This document shows positions 59,019-64,000 of a DNA stretch of 64,000 bases, piece by piece (within the stretch, counting starts at the first letter, position 1; the number at the start of each line of letters is the position of its first letter). A model generated the notes under the pieces. That model had not been told where the DNA came from. It did no database searches and saw only the letters and a program-made list of their open reading frames with translations. This DNA is from an uncultured Pelagibacteraceae bacterium (GTDB taxonomy: Bacteria > Pseudomonadota > Alphaproteobacteria > Pelagibacterales > Pelagibacteraceae). Position numbers and translations under genes: made by a program. The stretch is taken from positions 32,320 to 96,319 of the forward strand of contig CACNLV010000002.1 in the NCBI GenBank assembly GCA_902621345.1, given 5' to 3'.

Positions 59019-59172
59019 TTGGGATAATTTTTTGTATATTTTTTTTCGGGGTAGGAAATTCGATTTTATTTAGAAAAAAAACACTTCCGAAAATTAATAG
59101 TAAAATTAAAGTTAATTTTGTTATTATTCCAATTAAACTTTGTCTTGAACTTGTTTTTTTATAAAATTGCAT
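58993..59172 (-). CDS. Possible 59-aa single-pass membrane protein (one residue below the track cutoff)
   Basis: The hand translation is MQFYKKTSSRQSLIGIITKLTLILLLIFGSVFFLNKIEFPTPKKNIQKIIPNEKFKIIK. It has a positive-inside N-terminus and one TM helix, and overlaps the start of the 586-aa gene by 26 nt. It could be a chance ORF in AT-rich DNA. Confidence 0.25.
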   Translation of the reverse strand: MQFYKKTSSRQSLIGIITKLTLILLLIFGSVFFLNKIEFPTPKKNIQKIIPNEKFKIIK

Positions 59173-59229
59173 ATAACTTTAAGTATTTTCAAATTAAGAC
59201 ATATTTGTGTTTTTTCAATAAAGAAACTT

Positions 59230-59754
59230 ATGGATTCAAAAGAAAATATTGTTTTTTTAGGTATGATGGGATCTGGCAAAACCAGTATTGGACTATTAAT
59301 TTCAAAAAAACTGAATTTACAGTTTTACGATATTGATCAAATTATTGAAAAAGAATTAGAGATGAGTATTTCCAATATTTTCGAAAAAAAAGGAGAGAAA
59401 TTTTTTAGAGATTTTGAAGAAAAAATTACACTTAAGATATTAAGAAAGAAATTAGTTATTGTATCTTTGGGAGGTGGTGCATTTATTAATAAAAAAATTA
59501 GGGATGAAGTTTTAAAAAATCATATGTCCTTTTGGTTAAACTGGAATTCAAAAACATTAATCCAGAGAATTAAAAAAAGCACTAAAAGACCTTTAGCTTT
59601 AAAATTTTCTAATAATGAATTAATAAATTTGATGAAAAAAAGGTCGATAGTTTATTCCCAATCAAAATATAAAATAAATTGTGAACAATTATCTAAAAAT
59701 GAGATAGTAAATAAAATCATAAATATATATGAAAATAAAAAAACTATTAGTTAA
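59230..59754 (+). CDS. aroK: Shikimate kinase
   Basis: P-loop GMMGSGKTS directly after the Met at 59230, and the LGGGA motif. aroK-aroB synteny. Confidence 0.9.
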   Translation: MDSKENIVFLGMMGSGKTSIGLLISKKLNLQFYDIDQIIEKELEMSISNIFEKKGEKFFRDFEEKITLKILRKKLVIVSLGGGAFINKKIRDEVLKNHMSFWLNWNSKTLIQRIKKSTKRPLALKFSNNELINLMKKRSIVYSQSKYKINCEQLSKNEIVNKIINIYENKKTIS

Positions 59755-60835
59755 AACAAATCAGGAAAAATACCCAATATTTATTGGTTCAGGACTAATC
59801 TTAAATTTAAAAAAAATTATTAAAAATGAGTCGATTAATTTTACGAAATGCCTGATTGTTGCTGATAAGAATGTTCCAAAAAAAAAAATTAATATGATTA
59901 AAAAAAAATTAAGTAATAAGGAAACATCTACCCATTATTTAAGAGCAAATGAAAAAAATAAAAATCAAAAAACTACGAATGGAATTTTAGAAATTTTACT
60001 AAAGAGAAATTTTTCTAGAGATGATATTTTAATAAGTGTTGGTGGCGGTATAACTGGTGACATTGCTGGATACGCAGCAAGTCTTTTTAAAAGAGGATTA
60101 AAATTTATAAACATACCTACCACTCTTTTAGCTCAAGTAGATTCATCAATAGGTGGTAAAACGGGAGTCAACACAAAATATGGAAAAAATCTTGTTGGAA
60201 GTTTCTACCAACCTAAATTAGTGATAAGTGATACTGATTTTTTAAAAACTCTTCCTAAAAGGGAAATTATATGCGGATATGGAGAAATTTTAAAACATTC
60301 TATTATTTCGAACAAAAGTTTTTTTCAATTCTTAAACAAAAATTTTGTGCAAATTTTGAAATTTAGATCACCATTTATTGAGAAAACTATTTATGAAAGT
60401 TGTAAGATAAAAAAAAAGATAGTTGAAAAAGATGAGAAAGAAAGGAATATTAGAAAAGTTTTAAATTTTGGTCATACTTTTGCTCATGCTTACGAAGCTA
60501 GCTTAAATTTTTCTAAGAAATTGAATCATGGTGAGGCTGTTATTTTGGGAATGTTTACAGCCCTAAAATTCAGTAAATCTAATAACTTTTTACCAACTAA
60601 TGAATTTAAAATTATTACAAACCATATTAAAAATTTCGGTTTACCAAATGACATTAAAAAATATTTTTTTTTAAAAAACGTCAACAAAATTTTATCATTT
60701 ATGGCCAATGATAAAAAAAATAATTCAAATAAAATAAATTTAATTTTGTTAAAAAAAATTGGCAAGCCTTTAATTAATAAAAAATTTGATAAAAAAACAC
60801 TAAAAATATTTTTAAATAAAGAGCTAGATAATTGA
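59729..60835 (+). CDS. aroB: 3-dehydroquinate synthase
   Basis: GGGITGDIAGYAA, PTTLLAQVDSSIGGKTGVN and the GHTFAHA...HGEAV metal ligands. Confidence 0.92.
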   Translation: MKIKKLLVKTNQEKYPIFIGSGLILNLKKIIKNESINFTKCLIVADKNVPKKKINMIKKKLSNKETSTHYLRANEKNKNQKTTNGILEILLKRNFSRDDILISVGGGITGDIAGYAASLFKRGLKFINIPTTLLAQVDSSIGGKTGVNTKYGKNLVGSFYQPKLVISDTDFLKTLPKREIICGYGEILKHSIISNKSFFQFLNKNFVQILKFRSPFIEKTIYESCKIKKKIVEKDEKERNIRKVLNFGHTFAHAYEASLNFSKKLNHGEAVILGMFTALKFSKSNNFLPTNEFKIITNHIKNFGLPNDIKKYFFLKNVNKILSFMANDKKNNSNKINLILLKKIGKPLINKKFDKKTLKIFLNKELDN

Positions 60836-61084
60836 AATTTGTATAGAGTGAATATTATCTTTGAGTTCTTTATCTAAAATTTTATAAATCTTTTTGTTAC
60901 TTTGAATTCTGCTCATTTTTGAAAGTTCTTTTGAATTTATTGAGATTTTTAAATGAAATTTTTTTTTATCATTACTTTTATGTCCTATATGAAGATAGGA
61001 TTTATCTTCAATCTTAATATTTTCTATGCTAATTTTATTTTCTAATTTTTTTTTTACGATTGCAATTAAATCATTTATATTCAT
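60824..61084 (-). CDS. bolA: BolA family protein
   Basis: 86 aa. IEDKSYLHIGH...FHLKI...S..F...SRIQSNKKIY...L....IHSIQI follows the BolA pattern. Confidence 0.8.
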   Translation of the reverse strand: MNINDLIAIVKKKLENKISIENIKIEDKSYLHIGHKSNDKKKFHLKISINSKELSKMSRIQSNKKIYKILDKELKDNIHSIQISII

Positions 61085-61101
61085 TATATAATTATTATAT
61101 C

Positions 61102-61629
61102 ATGAAAAATATTTGTGATTGGAATAATTGTAAAGAGCTGGGTGAATACAAGGCACCAATTGAAAGAGATAACAGTAAAAAGTTTAGAATGTTATGTTTA
61201 AAACATGTAAAAGAATTTAACAAAAATTGGAATTATTTTTCTGGCATGAATGATAATCAAATAATGAATTTTTTAAAGTCGGATCTGACTTGGCATAAAC
61301 CTACTCAAAGCTTTAGCTCTTCGGATAATTTTTTTAAGGTATTGTGGAATAATACCTTAAAAGATGAGCTTGATAATAAAAAAATTAAAAGTGATTTCAA
61401 CTATATGCGTCAATTTAAATTTGACCACAAAGATATAAAGGCTTTTGAAATACTTGGATTGTCGGTCGGTATGAAATGGATGAAAATACAAGAAAAATTC
61501 AAAATACTTGTCAAAAAATTTCACCCTGATATGAATTTAGGAAATAAACAATATGAAGAAAAACTTAAACTAATAACTTTGGCGTATACCCAGTTAAAAA
61601 ATACTTATAGAGAAAAAATTGACTCCTAG
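61102..61629 (+). CDS. J-domain protein with an N-terminal Cys/His motif
   Basis: C-terminal J domain with HPD (KKFHPDMN), preceded by AFEILGL. N-terminal CDWNNC...CLKH. The start is taken at the Met at 61102 rather than the upstream ORF extension. Confidence 0.8.
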   Translation: MKNICDWNNCKELGEYKAPIERDNSKKFRMLCLKHVKEFNKNWNYFSGMNDNQIMNFLKSDLTWHKPTQSFSSSDNFFKVLWNNTLKDELDNKKIKSDFNYMRQFKFDHKDIKAFEILGLSVGMKWMKIQEKFKILVKKFHPDMNLGNKQYEEKLKLITLAYTQLKNTYREKIDS

Positions 61630-62593
61630 CATTGACACACAACCAGATATAAAAGTTTCAATTAAACAGACTTTTGGAATAGACTCCGAAATGGAAGTTG
61701 ATGCCTTTTCTAAAAAAAATGATTACGTACCCGAAATAGATAAAAACTACAAATTTGATAGAGATACAACGTTAGCAATAATTTCTGGATTTGCTTTCAA
61801 CAAAAGAGTCTTGGTTCAAGGTTATCATGGCACAGGTAAATCTACTCATATTGAACAAATTGCTGCAAGATTAAATTGGCCGTGTATAAGAGTAAATCTT
61901 GATAGTCATATAAGTAGAATTGATTTGATTGGCAAAGACGCAATTGTTTTAAAAGATGGTAAACAAGTAACTGAATTTAAAGAGGGAATTCTTCCTTGGT
62001 CAATACAAAACCCTATAGCTTTAGTTTTTGATGAGTACGATGCTGGAAGACCAGATGTGATGTTCGTTATTCAAAGAGTGCTAGAAGCAGAGGGAAATTT
62101 CACTCTCCTTGATAAAAACAAAGTATTAAAACAAAATAAATATTTTAGATTATTTGCAACTTCAAATACTATAGGGTTAGGGGATACGAGTGGTCTTTAC
62201 CATGGTACTCAACAAATAAATCAAGGCCAAATGGATAGGTGGAATATAGTAACCACCCTTAACTACTTAAATCTTGAAAAAGAGATGGAAATTATTTTAG
62301 CAAAAAATAAGAATTTTGATAACTCAAAAGGTAAAGATGTAGTCTCAAATATGATTAAGGTAGCATCTCTCACAAGAAAAGGATTTATTGCTGGCGATAT
62401 ATCAACTGTAATGAGTCCTAGAACTGTACTCCACTGGGCAGAAAACTCGGAAATATTTAAGGATATTGGCTACGCGTTTAGAGTAACTTTTTTAAACAAA
62501 TGTGATGAAGTAGAAAAGAATATTATTGCAGAATATTATCAAAGATGCTTTGGTGATGAGTTGCCAGAGTCGCTTGCAAATATTCAAATTTAA
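61619..62593 (+). CDS. cobS: CobS-like AAA+ (MoxR-class) ATPase
   Basis: Walker [10 protein letters not shown] and Walker B LVFDEYD, with CobS-type N-terminus [12 protein letters not shown]...[14 protein letters not shown] start. Confidence 0.88.
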   Translation: MTPSIDTQPDIKVSIKQTFGIDSEMEVDAFSKKNDYVPEIDKNYKFDRDTTLAIISGFAFNKRVLVQGYHGTGKSTHIEQIAARLNWPCIRVNLDSHISRIDLIGKDAIVLKDGKQVTEFKEGILPWSIQNPIALVFDEYDAGRPDVMFVIQRVLEAEGNFTLLDKNKVLKQNKYFRLFATSNTIGLGDTSGLYHGTQQINQGQMDRWNIVTTLNYLNLEKEMEIILAKNKNFDNSKGKDVVSNMIKVASLTRKGFIAGDISTVMSPRTVLHWAENSEIFKDIGYAFRVTFLNKCDEVEKNIIAEYYQRCFGDELPESLANIQI

Positions 62594-64000
62594 TGAACAA
62601 AAATCGCAAAGATATTGAGTTTAAAGAAAAATTTAAACAAGCATTAACTTCTACTATAAAAGTAATCTCTGAAGATTTTAATATTAAAGAAGGCTCGAAA
62701 AACAAAGATTACCAAAAAAATGATCTTTTTGAAATTGACAGTCTAAATAACATAAATGATTTTATCAAAGCTAGAGCTGCTTCTGACTCTAAAGCATTAA
62801 AAATAAAATTTTCTGATGAAAGTATTTATAAAAAAAACTTACCATCAAATTCGTCATGTAGATCTCTTTATGCAATTGCAGAAAAAGTTAGATACGAACA
62901 TTTAGGTGGAAGAATGTTAAGGGGCATTAAGAAAAATTTTAAGGATAATTACAATCTAATGATTACCAATAAAAAAAAAGATCACCCTAAGTCTAAAGAG
63001 GATGTAAATATAACGGAGGCATTTGAGTTATATATGCTTAATAAATTTCATAATATAAAATTAGATAGCTCATCGTCAAAAATATTGAAATTTTGGGAGA
63101 ATGATTTTGATAAGAGTATTAATAAACACTTAGATTTCTTGAAAGCCAATATAGAGGATCAATATAAATATTCACTTAAGTTTTCTAAAATTTTACAAGA
63201 AATGGAAATTTTTCAAACAAATGATGAAGACGAAATAAAGAATGAAAATCAAAATGACAGACAAGATGATCATTCAACACAAGACCATGATAGTAATGAT
63301 GATACGCTTAAAGATCAAGATCAAGATAACAAAACTGATGATATTATCGATGCAGATTATGATATTAGTGAGTATAAATTAGAGGAAGAAATATCAGACT
63401 CTAAGTCAGATCAAACTAGTAAAGAGCAATTAATACAAAAAAAAAATATTAAAAATTTTAATCTTGATTACAAAATATTTACAAATCAATTTGATGAGAT
63501 TACAAAAGCAGAAAAACTTGAGAATTCAGAAGATGCAAATAAACTTAGGAAAACACTAGATCAACAATTAATTGGTTTTCATGATGTTGTGACCAAATTA
63601 GCTAACAAATTGCAAAGACAGCTTTTAGCAAAACAAAATCGTTCATGGGATTTTGATCTAGAAGAGGGTTTATTAGACAGTTCAAAGTTACCAAGAGTTA
63701 TAATGGATCCATTCAATTCTTTATCTTTTAAAAAAGAAAAAAACTTCGATTTTAAAGATACTGTTGTTACTTTGTTGATCGATAACTCTGGTTCAATGCG
63801 AGGCAGACCAATTACTATAGCAGCAATCTGTGCCGATATTTTATCTAGAACTTTAGAGCGTTGCTCAGTTAAGGTTGAAATATTGGGCTTTACTACAAAA
63901 AATTGGAAAGGTGGTCAGAGTAGAGAGTTTTGGAATAAGAAAGGGAAACCCAAAGCTCCTGGTAGACTAAATGATTTAAGACATATCATTTATAAAAGTG
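62593..64000 (+). CDS. cobT: CobT-like vWA-domain protein (partial; runs off the window end)
   Basis: Hand-translated ORF starting at the ATG that overlaps the cobS stop (TAATG). It has a CobT-type N-terminus ([14 protein letters not shown]), an acidic low-complexity linker, and a vWA MIDAS motif [11 protein letters not shown]. Confidence 0.85.
   Translation, partial: MNKNRKDIEFKEKFKQALTSTIKVISEDFNIKEGSKNKDYQKNDLFEIDSLNNINDFIKARAASDSKALKIKFSDESIYKKNLPSNSSCRSLYAIAEKVRYEHLGGRMLRGIKKNFKDNYNLMITNKKKDHPKSKEDVNITEAFELYMLNKFHNIKLDSSSSKILKFWENDFDKSINKHLDFLKANIEDQYKYSLKFSKILQEMEIFQTNDEDEIKNENQNDRQDDHSTQDHDSNDDTLKDQDQDNKTDDIIDADYDISEYKLEEEISDSKSDQTSKEQLIQKKNIKNFNLDYKIFTNQFDEITKAEKLENSEDANKLRKTLDQQLIGFHDVVTKLANKLQRQLLAKQNRSWDFDLEEGLLDSSKLPRVIMDPFNSLSFKKEKNFDFKDTVVTLLIDNSGSMRGRPITIAAICADILSRTLERCSVKVEILGFTTKNWKGGQSREFWNKKGKPKAPGRLNDLRHIIYKS

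Noticed and set aside
59040-59100. Inverted repeat TTTTCGG...CCGAAAA in the 586-aa gene / aroK spacer
   Set aside because: It has only 7 bp with a roughly 38-nt loop and no supporting inner pairing. It also lies within the candidate 59-aa ORF, which explains the region better.
59118-59336. 72-aa ORF and the N-terminal extension of aroK (59167-59229)
   Set aside because: The shikimate kinase P-loop follows directly after the Met at 59230. The upstream residues are low-complexity and are not part of AroK, and the 72-aa ORF is out of frame with aroK and has no features.
1-64000. Mobile elements, prophage, CRISPR arrays, toxin-antitoxin pairs and genomic-island boundaries
   Set aside because: No transposase, integrase or phage-like ORFs, no direct-repeat arrays and no long duplicated segments were seen. 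The three tRNA genes are flanked by core genes on both sides, and composition looks uniform by eye.

Overview
This window is a very AT-rich (roughly 30% GC by eye) and extremely gene-dense stretch of chromosome. It looks like ordinary core genome of a streamlined alphaproteobacterium, most consistent with a SAR11/Pelagibacter-type genome. The evidence for that assignment: gcrA; the DUF4167, DUF1178 and DUF2948 marker genes; ffs-dnaX-ybaB-recR; aroA-cmk-rpsA-ihfB; trpFBA-accD-folC; hisS-hisZ-hisG; bolA/J-domain/cobS/cobT; a tandem glycine riboswitch in front of malate synthase; and spacers of a few nt, with many overlapping gene ends. I can support about 75 protein genes, 3 tRNAs (His-GUG, Phe-GAA, Thr-GGU), a probable SRP RNA, one tandem glycine riboswitch and one convincing intrinsic terminator. 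I see no IS elements, integrases, prophage genes, CRISPR arrays or long repeats. Candidates worth a second look: (1) an unannotated 33-codon ORF with three His codons near its end, running into a hairpin, directly upstream of tRNA-His-hisS-hisZ-hisG, which may be a His-sensing leader/attenuator. (2) A tight rmuC / MGME1-like PD-(D/E)XK nuclease / exonuclease I operon. (3) An adjacent histone-deacetylase-family gene and SET-domain lysine methyltransferase gene. (4) A bolA / J-domain / CobS-like AAA+ / CobT-like vWA cluster. (5) An AccA with a C-terminal hydrophobic tail anchor. (6) A tRNA-His with no encoded G-1, lying 4 nt from the hisS start codon. All protein family calls come from motif recognition by eye and from memory of family consensus sequences; no searches were run.
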